DNA of 64,000 nt from Thermoplasmata archaeon (lineage in GTDB: Archaea > Thermoplasmatota > Thermoplasmata > Lutacidiplasmatales > UBA184), in contig JBEKJG010000004.1 of NCBI GenBank assembly GCA_050011355.1, forward strand, positions 2,508-66,507. Direction: 5' to 3'. Positions 18,396 through 27,948 of this stretch are shown here, in pieces. The translations under genes were made by a program, and so were the position numbers. A model generated the notes under the pieces. That model did not search any database. It had not been told where the DNA came from and saw only the letters and a list, made by a program, of their open reading frames with translations. Numbering within the stretch: the first letter of the stretch is position 1; every line of letters begins with the position of its first letter.

Positions 18396-19073
18396 ATGCG
18401 GGTGGTCGTCACCAAGAACGGCCCGTACGTCGTCTCGGGCAAGGTCCCGCTGACGGTCCAGGTCATCCGGCCGAACGAAGAGGGCCTCTCGTGGAACTGG
18501 GAGGAGGCGGCGACCCTCGAGGTGGGCGCGGAGTACGAGCTCTGTCGATGCGGGCATTCCAAGAACAAGCCGTTCTGCGACGGCTCGCATGCCCGCGTCC
18601 ACTTTGACGGGACGGAGACCGCGAGCCGCCAGCCGTACGCCCGTCAGGCCGAGTCGATCGACGGACCGACCCTCCTCCTCGAGGACGCCGAGGAGCTCTG
18701 CGCCTTCGCCCGGTTCTGCGACCCGGGAGGGAAGATCTGGAATCTGATCGGCCGGTCGAGCGACCCCGAGGCCCGCAAGCTCGCGATCCGCGAAGGGATG
18801 AGCTGCCCCGCGGGCCGGCTCGTCGTGCGGGACAAGAAGTCGGGTACGGTCGTGGAACCGGAACTTCCGCCGTCGATCGGGATCGTCGAGGACCCCGCCC
18901 TCGGTGTCAGCGGCCCACTGTGGGTCCGGGGACGCATCCGGATCGAATCGGAGGACGGAAAGCCCTACGAACTGCGCAACCGGGTCACCCTGTGCCGGTG
19001 CGGGGCGTCCGTCAACAAGCCGTTCTGCAACGGCAGCCACGCGAGCATCCGGTTCAACGACGGCCGCGTCTGA
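18396..19073 (+). CDS. tandem CDGSH iron-sulfur domain protein
   Basis: Two CDGSH motifs, CRCGHSKNKPFCDGSH and CRCGASVNKPFCNGSH. ATG 18396 is preceded by GGAGG 12 nt upstream; the ORF-track start 18300 adds a low-complexity leader. Confidence 0.8.
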   Translation: MRVVVTKNGPYVVSGKVPLTVQVIRPNEEGLSWNWEEAATLEVGAEYELCRCGHSKNKPFCDGSHARVHFDGTETASRQPYARQAESIDGPTLLLEDAEELCAFARFCDPGGKIWNLIGRSSDPEARKLAIREGMSCPAGRLVVRDKKSGTVVEPELPPSIGIVEDPALGVSGPLWVRGRIRIESEDGKPYELRNRVTLCRCGASVNKPFCNGSHASIRFNDGRV

Positions 19074-19100
19074 GCCGCTCGGGCGCCGAGGGGTCGCCGT

Positions 19101-20756
19101 TCACAGGCCACCGCCCATCGGCTTCGTGCCTTTGGGGAGGCGACCGGTGATGAACAGGCTGAGCAGCAGCCCGACGATCGTCAGCACCAGCATGACGACA
19201 AACACGTCGACGAACGACGTCGCGCTGGCGCCGAGCACCCCCTGCCCGTACGCGATGCACGCCGGGCTGGGCGGGTAGGCGCATCCTCCCGAGGGCGGGG
19301 CGGGCGAGAGGGCGAGGAACCGGGACTGCTGGAAGGAGGAGAGGAGGGTGAGCCCGATGGAGCCTCCGAGCGACTGCAGGAACTGGACGAGGCCGCTCGC
19401 AGCCCCGACCTCGGCTTCCGGAACCTGGTTCTGGACGGCGAGCAGGAACACGGGGAACGTGAGCCCCACCCCGAAGCCGATCGGGATGAGCGGCGCGACG
19501 ACCCCGCCCACCGGCAGGAAGCCATACGCAAGCTGCCACGTCGGCGTCGAGACTCCCACTCTCGTCAGGAACACCAGGCCGATGGTCGAGATCACCAGCC
19601 CCAGGATCACGATGGGGCGGTAGGCGAACCGGGTGAGGAGGTTCCCGCCCAACGCCGCGCCGAAGACGAGCGGGATCACGAGGAAGTAGAGGACGTCCCG
19701 GACGGTGTTCGAGGCGTCCCCCCCGCCCGCGAGCGTGATGTAGGTGACGAAAAGGGTCAGGAAGGTCGCGAGCGGGAACAGCACCATCCCGACAATGAAG
19801 GTGGTCCCACCGCAGGCGGCGACGATCCGGCGGGAGAACAGCCTCAGCGGGACCAGGGGGTCGGACGCGCGCGTCGTCTCCCACCAGACGAACACGCCGA
19901 CGAGCACGACCGCAGCGGTCAGGAGGGTGATGACCCGCGGGTCCGTCCACGCCCACCCGCCCTCGGAGACCTCGATGAGGGCGAACATGAGCGACCCGAC
20001 CCAGCCGACGAGCAGCCCGGCCCCCGGGATGTCGAACGAGCCCTTCCGCTCGGGGCGGATCGGCCCGAGCGCCGCGAGGAGGAGGACCAGGCCGGCGAGC
20101 CCGACGGGGATGTTCACGTAGAAGACCCAGCGCCAGGTGGTGACGTTGACGATCGCCGCACCGAGGAGCGGGCCGGCGACCGTCGCGATGCCGAAGACGC
20201 CGGAGAGCAGCCCGGTGACCCGGGCGCGGGTCTCGGGCGGGAAGATGACCGCGACGATCGAGAGACCGACGGGGAAGAAATCCCCGCTGCCGAACCCTTG
20301 GATGGCGCGGAAGAAGACGAGCTCGTTGAACGACTGGCTGATGCCCGAGAGGATCGATCCGCCAATGAAGATGAGGAGGCCGGCGATCAGGATCCGCTTC
20401 CGGTCGTAGAGGTCGGAGAGCTTGGCGAAGATCGGGATCGCGACGGTCGAGCTGATGAGGTAGGCGCTGACGACAAACGTCTCCCCACCGGACGGGGCCT
20501 GGAGGCTCGAGAGGATGTTCGGGAGCGCCGTGAGGACGACGAAGTTGTCCAGCGCTCCCATCAGCAGGCAGAGCAGGATGCCCAGGACTACGGCGGCGGC
20601 GAGGCCCGGCCGACGAAGGCCGGTCCGCGCCTCCCGGTGCGAATCGGTCTCCGGGAGGGCCTCCGCCGGTGGCGGGATGGAGGCCGGGTCGGGAGAGATC
20701 ACGGGACGACCCCGGGGGCCGAGTCGAGAGCCGAACCCGACCCGACCACGGGGCAC
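19101..20756 (-). CDS. MFS transporter, DHA2 (14-TM drug:H+ antiporter) family
   Basis: 14 predicted TM segments; MFS-like motifs (LSDLYDRKRILIAGLLIF, FRAIQGFG). Start GTG 20756 is uncertain; a later start is possible. Confidence 0.8.
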   Translation of the reverse strand: MPRGRVGFGSRLGPRGRPVISPDPASIPPPAEALPETDSHREARTGLRRPGLAAAVVLGILLCLLMGALDNFVVLTALPNILSSLQAPSGGETFVVSAYLISSTVAIPIFAKLSDLYDRKRILIAGLLIFIGGSILSGISQSFNELVFFRAIQGFGSGDFFPVGLSIVAVIFPPETRARVTGLLSGVFGIATVAGPLLGAAIVNVTTWRWVFYVNIPVGLAGLVLLLAALGPIRPERKGSFDIPGAGLLVGWVGSLMFALIEVSEGGWAWTDPRVITLLTAAVVLVGVFVWWETTRASDPLVPLRLFSRRIVAACGGTTFIVGMVLFPLATFLTLFVTYITLAGGGDASNTVRDVLYFLVIPLVFGAALGGNLLTRFAYRPIVILGLVISTIGLVFLTRVGVSTPTWQLAYGFLPVGGVVAPLIPIGFGVGLTFPVFLLAVQNQVPEAEVGAASGLVQFLQSLGGSIGLTLLSSFQQSRFLALSPAPPSGGCAYPPSPACIAYGQGVLGASATSFVDVFVVMLVLTIVGLLLSLFITGRLPKGTKPMGGGL

Positions 20757-20953
20757 GATGGGCCGCAGGAGGCTCCGTTCGGACGCGCAGGCTGGCGCGG
20801 GCGACCGTGCTGGCGCCGCCGGGAGATTCTCCTCATCGCTTGGGGTTCGGCGCTGCCGCGGGGGGTATTAGGCTCGCGGCCGGACTTACCTCCGGGTTAC
20901 GGACCCGTCGAAACCTCGCACGACGGCCGCACGGTCCCACCGAGGGGTCGGAG

Positions 20954-21904
20954 CTAGAACCGGGGCGGTCCGGGGGTTCCCATCGCTTCGACGCGGGCGC
21001 GAACGGAACTCGCGCCCACGAGGATCAGGATCGCCCCCACCACGTTCAGCAGCGGGAAGATGAGCAGGATGGCGCCGACCTTGAACAGGTCGTTCCCGTA
21101 GCGCGAGCCGAAACGCCAGATCCCCAACAGGCAGCCGATGTAGCCGATGAGTGCGATGATCCCGCCGACCAGGACCAGCACGATCCCGATGAGGGCTTGA
21201 CCGATCCCGCCGCAGCTCGCCGGAAGCGTGGTGTTGTTGCTGCTCGCGATGCAGCCGGTGATCGACTGCGCTCCCTGCAGGAGTGGGACCAGGCCGAGCA
21301 GTACGATCACGAACCCGGCGATCAGCAGGAGGGCGAGCGTACTCGGGGTGGAGAAGCGCGGATCGACCGGAGCGAGGCGGTGGAAGGACCCCCTCAGGAG
21401 GAGCACCTGCACAATCGACAGGGCCCCCGACGCGACCGCGACCACGTAGAACAACGGATGGAACACGAAGGTGGAGCCGGAAGAGGTCGTATCGACGGTG
21501 TACAGCGCGGCCGTTCCGGCGAGGAGCACGAGGGTCACCGCGCCCGAGCAGAGCCAGATGATGGCGGCCCAGAGCAGGTAGGTGAGCGCCTCCCGGTCGG
21601 CGTCCCGAGTGGTGGGGGTGGGTTGCGGATAGCCGGGAGGAGGATACATGCCGGGGGAACCCGGCGGCGGAAACGGGCCCCCCGGGTATCCCGGGGCCGG
21701 CGGCCATCCTCCCCCCGGGGGAAGTGGGGGGGACGCGGGCGGCGGGGGGCCGGACATGACGTAGTATCCCGGTGGGGAGGGGGCCACCGGCGCGGGCCCG
21801 GGACGACCAGCCATCGGGGCCGCCAACGAGTTACCGCAGAACGGGCAGAAGCCCGCGCCGATGGGCGCAAGACCTCCGCACCGTGGACAGGCCGCCGTGG
21901 CCAT
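20954..21904 (-). CDS. zinc-ribbon / proline-rich linker / 4-5 TM membrane protein (possibly DUF973-like)
   Basis: N-terminal CPRCG…CPFCG, then a PPGYP-rich linker, then hydrophobic helices. TATA-like TATTAATT lies 25-30 nt upstream of the ATG. Confidence 0.55.
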   Translation of the reverse strand: MATAACPRCGGLAPIGAGFCPFCGNSLAAPMAGRPGPAPVAPSPPGYYVMSGPPPPASPPLPPGGGWPPAPGYPGGPFPPPGSPGMYPPPGYPQPTPTTRDADREALTYLLWAAIIWLCSGAVTLVLLAGTAALYTVDTTSSGSTFVFHPLFYVVAVASGALSIVQVLLLRGSFHRLAPVDPRFSTPSTLALLLIAGFVIVLLGLVPLLQGAQSITGCIASSNNTTLPASCGGIGQALIGIVLVLVGGIIALIGYIGCLLGIWRFGSRYGNDLFKVGAILLIFPLLNVVGAILILVGASSVRARVEAMGTPGPPRF

Positions 21905-22078
21905 CGATGGCGGACCGGTCCGGCGAGTATTAATTCCACCTTCCTTCGGCGGCCCGGCCGGCGGCCACCGATCACGGACGGGGGCGGTTCGGGTCGGGTT
22001 ACCCGTAGGCGAGCAGGCTACCCGCGCCGGCGCGGACCCTTATGAGGCCGGCGTCCCTGAAAACCGCGAGGTACTCTC

Positions 22079-22954
22079 GTGAGCGAACCCCCCCGTTCCG
22101 TGGCTCAGCGTTTCCCCGGAGTTCCGACCGTCGAGGGCGCGGGCGTGCGACTTCGCCGGTCGTTCTCGAACCCCGAGGTCCCGCTGTTCGACCCGTTCCT
22201 CCTCCTCGATCGGTTCGGGTCGAACAACCCGGCCGACTACCTCGCCGGGTTCCCCTGGCACCCCCATCGGGGGATCGAGACGGTCACCTACATCCTGGAC
22301 GGACGGGTCGCCCACGGCGACACCCTGGGCAACGAGGGCGTGATCGGCGCAGGAGACGTCCAGTGGATGAATTCGGGCAGCGGGATCATCCATCAGGAGA
22401 TGCCCCAGCAGACCGATGCGGCGCTCTCCGGTTTCCAGCTCTGGGTCAACCTGCCCGCGAAGGAGAAGATGTCCGTCCCAGCCTATCGGGGACTGAGCGC
22501 GCCGGACTTCCCGACCGTCTCGACGGACGCGGGCAGTCGGGTCAAGGTCGTCGCGGGCACGTACGGGACCGTCGAGGGTCCGGTCCGGGGGATCCCGGTC
22601 GACCCGACCTACCTCGACGTGACGGTTCCGGCGCAGGGAGCGTTCGAGCTACCGACCCATCCGGGGTACACCGCGTTCGCCCATGCCATCGACGGCCGGG
22701 GCACGTTCGGGGGCACGGACTCGGAACCGGTGCCGTCGGGCGAGACCGTGCTCTTCGGTCCCGGAGGGACCGTGAGCGTCCGCGCGGGGGACGGAGGGTT
22801 CCGCTTCCTGCTCGTCACGGGCCGCCCGCTGCACGAGCCGGTCGCGTGGTACGGGCCGATCGTCATGAACACCCGGGCGGAGCTGGTCACGGCGATGGCG
22901 GAGCTCGACCGGGGTCAGTTCATCCACCACCGGCGGCCGATCGTCGAGGAGTAG
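22079..22954 (+). CDS. pirin-family protein
   Basis: Cupin motifs PWHPHRGIETVTYILDG and QWMNSGSGIIHQE. Confidence 0.85.
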   Translation: MSEPPRSVAQRFPGVPTVEGAGVRLRRSFSNPEVPLFDPFLLLDRFGSNNPADYLAGFPWHPHRGIETVTYILDGRVAHGDTLGNEGVIGAGDVQWMNSGSGIIHQEMPQQTDAALSGFQLWVNLPAKEKMSVPAYRGLSAPDFPTVSTDAGSRVKVVAGTYGTVEGPVRGIPVDPTYLDVTVPAQGAFELPTHPGYTAFAHAIDGRGTFGGTDSEPVPSGETVLFGPGGTVSVRAGDGGFRFLLVTGRPLHEPVAWYGPIVMNTRAELVTAMAELDRGQFIHHRRPIVEE

Positions 22955-23987
22955 CGAGTTCCCCGGCGAGCTGCCGGAACGCCCTCTCCAGCACGCGCAC
23001 CGACCGGGCAAGCTCCCGCCCCGAGACCCACTCCCCGGCCGTATGGTCGAGGTGGGGATCGCCGGGTCCGTAGGCCGCGCCCGACGCATGCCAGGCGGGC
23101 GCGACGAGGTTGAGGTCGGAAGTACCCGACTTCCTCCAGAGCGTCGGGCGACCACGCTCGGCCCGGATCCCGGCCTCCAGCGCCCGGACGACCGGGTTCG
23201 TCCGGTCGACCTCGATCGGTTCGATCCGGATGAGGATCTGCAGAGTGGGTCGGCCCGGTTCTCGAGGGAGCGCCCGAAGCACCTCCGCGGTGGAACGACC
23301 CGGCGGGACGCGCAGGTCGAGTGTAAGGGTCGCCCACTCCTCGTCATCACCCCCCGTCTGGATCGAGACGACCTTGGCCGTCAACGAACGGAACGGAGAG
23401 ACGCCCGGGACGAGCGAAGCTGAACTCCTCACGCCAGCGGCCCATTCGAGGGCCGTGTCCGCGACGGTGGGGCGCGGGGAGGAGTAGTGGGTCCGCCGAC
23501 CGCGGAAGTGGGCCGCGATGCGCAGGTCGCCCTTGTAGCCGACCGTGATCCCGTCCCACCGGCTCGGTTCCCCGGCCACGACGGCGTCGATCCCTCGCTG
23601 CCGCGTCCGGTGACGCGCTCCGCGGCTGTCGGTCTCCTCGCCCACGGCCGCGACGACCTCGAGGGTGCCCGGGCCGCTGAAGCTCGCCCCAGCGACCAGC
23701 GCGGCGGCGAGCGGTCCCTTCGCGTCGACCGCCCCCCGCCCGTGGATGCGACCGGCCGAACGCCGCACCGGCCGCCGGCCAGGGACCGTGTCGATGTGGC
23801 CGAGGAAGACGACCCGCGGCCGTCCACCCCCCCGTCGGGCGACCCCGTTCCCGGCCGCGTCCACCCGGGCCGAGTAGCCGAGCGCTCGGGCCACGGCCAC
23901 GAACTCCCGAACGGCCGCCGACTCTTGGCCGCTCGGGCTGTACCGTCGGAGCAGCCGGAGGAGGACGTCGGTCTCATCCACGGCCAA
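22920..23987 (-). CDS. [LysW]-lysine/ornithine hydrolase, M20 deacetylase family (ArgE/LysK)
   Basis: VVFLGHIDTVP, GRGAVDAKG, and operon context. True start is probably the GTG 6 nt inside the ORF-track start. Confidence 0.75.
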   Translation of the reverse strand: MAVDETDVLLRLLRRYSPSGQESAAVREFVAVARALGYSARVDAAGNGVARRGGGRPRVVFLGHIDTVPGRRPVRRSAGRIHGRGAVDAKGPLAAALVAGASFSGPGTLEVVAAVGEETDSRGARHRTRQRGIDAVVAGEPSRWDGITVGYKGDLRIAAHFRGRRTHYSSPRPTVADTALEWAAGVRSSASLVPGVSPFRSLTAKVVSIQTGGDDEEWATLTLDLRVPPGRSTAEVLRALPREPGRPTLQILIRIEPIEVDRTNPVVRALEAGIRAERGRPTLWRKSGTSDLNLVAPAWHASGAAYGPGDPHLDHTAGEWVSGRELARSVRVLERAFRQLAGELATPRRSAAGGG

Positions 23988-25119
23988 GGACCTCCTCGAC
24001 CGCCTCGAGACCGGCCCGGAGGTCGTCCTCGTCGATCACGAGCGGGGGAAGCAGCCGGAGGACCGTGGAGCCGGCCGGGAGCGCGAGGAAGCCTCGTTCC
24101 TCGAGCGCGGCCAAGTAGGGTGTGACCCGCTCCCGCAGCTCGACCCCGATGAGCAGTCCCTGCCCCCGGACCTCGCGGACCTTCTCTGTCGGGAGGTGGC
24201 CGAGGCGCTCGCGCGCGGCATCGCCGAGCCGTTCGGCCCGCTCCGGAAGCCGTTCCCGGACCGTGACCTCGAGCGCCGCGACGCCGGCGGCGCAGGCGAG
24301 AGGGTTGCCTCCGAAGGTCGAGTGGTGGCTGCCCTGGAACCGGCGGCGTACCTCCTCGGTCGTGACCGTTGCGCCGATCGGGACACCACCGGCGAGCGAT
24401 TTGGCGAGCGTGAGGAGGTCGGGGACCACGCCCCACCGCTCGAAGGCGAACATCCGGCCCGTCCGACCGACCCCCGTCTGCACCTCGTCGAACGCGAGGA
24501 GGGCCCCGGTGGCGGTCGCGCGGGCTCGGGCGGCGGCGAGAAACTCGGGGGTCGCGACGTGGACTCCCCCCTCGCCCTGGACCGGCTCGAGCAGGACGAG
24601 CGCGGTGGTCTCATCGACCGCCGCGTTCAGCGCGTCGACGTCATTGAAGGGTACGTGGACGAACCCCGGGACCAGCGGCTCGAACGGTTCCCGGAACTCC
24701 TTGCGCCAGGTCGCGCTGAGCGAGCCGAACGTGCGACCGTGGAACCCCCGCATCGCGGCGACGACCTTCGGGCGGCCGGTCGCCGACCGGGCGAACTTGA
24801 TCGCCGCCTCGACGGCCTCGGTGCCCGAATTCGAGAGGAACACGCGGTGGAGGGACGGCGGCAGCAGCCCCGTGAGGCGGTCGACGAACTGGGTTCGGAC
24901 CGGCACGTCGTACCCGGTGCCGAGGTAGATCAGTTCGGCCGCCTGCCGCTGGATGGCCCGTACGACCTCGGGGTGGGCGGCGCCGAGATTGCCGGCCCCG
25001 TGGGTGGCGCCGAGGTCGACGTACCGGCGCCCGGTCCGGTCCCAGAGGGAGGCGCCCGCTCCCCGCACGATGACCGGCTCGGCGCGGGACAGAGGGAAGA
25101 ACGGCCCCCCGTCGCTCAT
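23974..25119 (-). CDS. argD: acetylornithine / [LysW]-aminoadipate-semialdehyde aminotransferase (ArgD/LysJ), class III
   Basis: Class-III aminotransferase motifs including the PLP-lysine region. Start re-set to the ATG MSDGGPFFPL…, whose ATGA overlaps the argB stop. Confidence 0.85.
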   Translation of the reverse strand: MSDGGPFFPLSRAEPVIVRGAGASLWDRTGRRYVDLGATHGAGNLGAAHPEVVRAIQRQAAELIYLGTGYDVPVRTQFVDRLTGLLPPSLHRVFLSNSGTEAVEAAIKFARSATGRPKVVAAMRGFHGRTFGSLSATWRKEFREPFEPLVPGFVHVPFNDVDALNAAVDETTALVLLEPVQGEGGVHVATPEFLAAARARATATGALLAFDEVQTGVGRTGRMFAFERWGVVPDLLTLAKSLAGGVPIGATVTTEEVRRRFQGSHHSTFGGNPLACAAGVAALEVTVRERLPERAERLGDAARERLGHLPTEKVREVRGQGLLIGVELRERVTPYLAALEERGFLALPAGSTVLRLLPPLVIDEDDLRAGLEAVEEVLGRG

Positions 25120-25901
25120 CGGAACACCGTCCCGGACCCGGCCAAGGCCCGGGAGACCGGGTCCTTGCCCTGGGAGGAGGCGATGACGACGGAGCCGACG
25201 CCGCCGGCGAGCGCCTCCTGCGCGGCCATCACTTTCTTCTTCATCCGGCCGCCCGCACACGCGAGCACCGATGCGACCTCCGCGCGGGGTACGTGGGGGA
25301 TGACGGAACTGGGGTCCTCGGGGTCCCGGCGCAGGCCGGTGACGTTCGTCAGCAGCACGAGGGATTCCGCTCCGAGCGCGACCGCGACCGCCGCCGCCAC
25401 CCGGTCGGCGTCGACATTGAGCAGCTCCCCGTGGGCATCGGCGGCCGGCGGACCGACCACGGGCACGAGGCCGGCCCCGAGCAGCAGGCGGAGGACCGTG
25501 GGGTCGACGGAGTCGAGCGTGCCCGCTCGGTCGTCCTCTACGCGCAGCACCCGACCGTCAACGATCGCCCGGGCGCCCTGCTTGCGGTGGGCCCGCAGGA
25601 GGCCGCCGTCGAGGCCCGACAATCCGACCGCGGTCCGTCCTCGGGCGGCGAACCCGGCGACCAGGCGCGTCTGGACGGCGCCGGCCAGGGCGAGAACGAC
25701 GACCTCGAGATGGGCCGGCGTGCTCTTGCGCGAGACGACACCGCTCGGCGATGTGTAGTACTCCGGGGGACGTCCGAGCGCCGCTCCCAGCCGGTCGACG
25801 TCGTCGGACCCCCCGTGGACGAGGACGAAGTCCGGGCGGGAGGCCAGCTCGTCCAGGACCGGGTCGAGGGCGTTCCCGGCGGCGCCGCCCACCTTCACCA
25901 C
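25116..25901 (-). CDS. argB: acetylglutamate / [LysW]-aminoadipate kinase (ArgB/LysZ)
   Basis: VVKVGG… amino-acid kinase N-terminus and LVHGGS motif. Confidence 0.8.
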   Translation of the reverse strand: MVKVGGAAGNALDPVLDELASRPDFVLVHGGSDDVDRLGAALGRPPEYYTSPSGVVSRKSTPAHLEVVVLALAGAVQTRLVAGFAARGRTAVGLSGLDGGLLRAHRKQGARAIVDGRVLRVEDDRAGTLDSVDPTVLRLLLGAGLVPVVGPPAADAHGELLNVDADRVAAAVAVALGAESLVLLTNVTGLRRDPEDPSSVIPHVPRAEVASVLACAGGRMKKKVMAAQEALAGGVGSVVIASSQGKDPVSRALAGSGTVFR

Positions 25902-25920
25902 GAGCGTCAGGGCGTCCTCT

Positions 25921-26946
25921 CTAGATCGGGTGGAGGCCGAGAAAATCGAGCCCGGTGGATTCGGGAAAACCGGCGCGCACGTTGAAGCACTGGACCGCGG
26001 CGCCCGCCGCCCCCTTCATGAGGTTGTCGAGCGCGGCGAGCGCGACCACCCGCTGGGCGTGCGGGTCGACCGCGAAGCCGACGTCGCAGAAGTTGGTCCC
26101 CGCAAGGATCTTCGGTTCGGGTTCCCGGAAGGCGCCCTCCGATTCGTGGACGATGCGAACGAACGGTTCGCTCCCGTAGGCCGACCGGTAGGCCCGCCAG
26201 AGCTCCTTCTCGTCGACCGGTCGGGTCGTGAAGGCGTGGACGGTGGCGAGGACGCCTCGGACCGCCTCGACCCCGTGGCAGGAGAGAGCCACCGCCACAC
26301 CGGTCTCCTGCTCGATCTCCGCCGTGTGGCGGTGGCCGGCGGGGGCGTACGCCCGCATGACGCCCGAGCGCTCGGCGTGGAGCCCGGCCGGCCCGGAGTC
26401 TCGCCCGCTGGCGGAAGAACCGGACTTCGCATCGACGACGACCGGCGCCGGACCGACCATCCCTGCCCGGACCAACGGACGGAGGGCGAGGATGGAGGCC
26501 GTCGCGATACACCCGGGGACGGCGACGATCGCCGCCGTCCGAAGGGCCTCGCGATGCACCTCGGGCAGGCCGTAGACGGCCGTCGGGAGAAGGTCCGGTC
26601 GGGGGTGCGTCCGACCGTAGTACCGGGGGTACTGTTCGGGGTCGCGGAGCCGGAAGTCCGCGGAGAGGTCGAAGACGAGCCCCCCGGAGGCCACGATCTC
26701 GGGAAGGCGGTCCATCGACTCCCCGTGGGGGGTCGCCACGAAGGTGGCGTCCGCGGCGGCGAGGCTGGCATGGGGCGTGAAGAGGAGCGGGCTCACCTTG
26801 CGGAGGTTCGGGTGGGCACGGGAGAGCGGCTTGCCCGCCATCGAGTCCGATGTGACCTGGACGACCTCGGCTTCGGGGTGGCGCAGCAGGAGTCGGAGGA
26901 GCTCCCCGCCGACAAACCCCGACCCTCCGACGATGGCGACCTTCAT
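25921..26946 (-). CDS. argC: N-acetyl-gamma-glutamyl-phosphate / [LysW]-aminoadipyl-phosphate reductase (ArgC/LysY)
   Basis: MKVAIVGGSGFVGGELLRLL NAD(P)-binding N-terminus. ATG 26946 overlaps the lysX stop (ATGA). Confidence 0.85.
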   Translation of the reverse strand: MKVAIVGGSGFVGGELLRLLLRHPEAEVVQVTSDSMAGKPLSRAHPNLRKVSPLLFTPHASLAAADATFVATPHGESMDRLPEIVASGGLVFDLSADFRLRDPEQYPRYYGRTHPRPDLLPTAVYGLPEVHREALRTAAIVAVPGCIATASILALRPLVRAGMVGPAPVVVDAKSGSSASGRDSGPAGLHAERSGVMRAYAPAGHRHTAEIEQETGVAVALSCHGVEAVRGVLATVHAFTTRPVDEKELWRAYRSAYGSEPFVRIVHESEGAFREPEPKILAGTNFCDVGFAVDPHAQRVVALAALDNLMKGAAGAAVQCFNVRAGFPESTGLDFLGLHPI

Positions 26947-27794
26947 CGGCGGCCCACCCGGACCGCGTACTCGACGATGCGGCCCGCGACGTCGGCCCCG
27001 GTGGCCGCGGTGAGGGCCTTGAACTCCGGGGTCGGGTTGACCTCGTGCACGACGAGCCCGCTCGGGGCCTCCATCAGGTCGACCGCGAGGACGCCGCCGC
27101 CGACCGCGTCCGCGGCCTTCAGCGAGAGGGCGCGGAGCTCGGAGGACACGTCGGCCGCTTCGGTGGTCGCGCCGCGGGCGGCGTTCGTGCGCCAGTCGGA
27201 GGAGCGGCGCCACATCGCGGCGACCACCTCGTCTCCGACGACGAACACCCGGAGGTCACGGTCGGGCTTGGGCACGTACTCCTGCACGTAGATGATGGAG
27301 TGGACGGGGGAGGTGAGCGCGGCCTTGTGCTCGAGGATCTGTTCGGCGTCCTCGAGATTGTCGACCTTGGCCATCAGTCGCCCCCATGAGCCCACCGCCG
27401 GTTTCAAGACCGCGGGGTAGCCGACCTCCTCGATCGCCTTCAGCGCGGCCTCGGGCGAGAGCGCGACCACCGTCCGCGGCGTCGGGATCCCCCGTTCCGC
27501 GAGGCGGAGCGAGGTGAGGATCTTGTCGCCCGCGAGCTCGGTGACCTCGGGCGTGTTGACGGTGGGGACGCCGTAGTGCGTGAAGAACCGGGTCGCGTAG
27601 AGCGACCGGGAGTGGCTCACCGAGCGGTTGACGACCACGTCCGGCAGGCCGGCCGGCCGCTCCAGCCCGAAGGTCGTCTGCCCGTCGTCGATCCGCTGGA
27701 CGGCGATCCCGCGTGCATCCGCAGCGGCGAGGATCGCCTTCTCTTCGGGCCGGACGATGGTGTAGAAGACGCCGAGCGAGAACCCTTCACTCAC
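26943..27794 (-). CDS. lysX: RimK/LysX-family ATP-grasp ligase (LysX/ArgX)
   Basis: ATP-grasp segments GYPAVLKP…GSWGRLMAKV, IYVQEYV, LAVDLME. Overlaps the lysW stop. Confidence 0.8.
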   Translation of the reverse strand: MSEGFSLGVFYTIVRPEEKAILAAADARGIAVQRIDDGQTTFGLERPAGLPDVVVNRSVSHSRSLYATRFFTHYGVPTVNTPEVTELAGDKILTSLRLAERGIPTPRTVVALSPEAALKAIEEVGYPAVLKPAVGSWGRLMAKVDNLEDAEQILEHKAALTSPVHSIIYVQEYVPKPDRDLRVFVVGDEVVAAMWRRSSDWRTNAARGATTEAADVSSELRALSLKAADAVGGGVLAVDLMEAPSGLVVHEVNPTPEFKALTAATGADVAGRIVEYAVRVGRR

Positions 27795-27948
27795 CCCAGT
27801 CCTCGGCTTCCTTCGGAGCGGGTTGGACCGCGAACGGTTCGGTTCGCAGGACCTCGAGCTCCGTCCCGCAGTCGGTGCAGGGGAAGACCTCGCCCGGGAT
27901 CTTGTCGTGATTCACTACGGCCGCTTCGCACTCAGGGCACTGTGTCAT
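27787..27948 (-). CDS. lysW: amino-group carrier protein LysW
   Basis: 53 aa: N-terminal zinc ribbon CPECE…CTDCG and C-terminal …EDWGE. ATG overlaps the argH stop (ATGA). Confidence 0.85.
   Translation of the reverse strand: MTQCPECEAAVVNHDKIPGEVFPCTDCGTELEVLRTEPFAVQPAPKEAEDWGE

Noticed and set aside
20669-22045. 458-aa plus-strand ORF and other 300-1000-aa ORFs (15196.., 16129..18141, 16487..18568, 31434..34322, 39608..40660, 50337..54020 N-terminal part, 51171..53279)
   Set aside because: These are shadow ORFs of real genes on the other strand or frame. None has recognisable motifs, and the tool reports the longest ATG/GTG/TTG extension.
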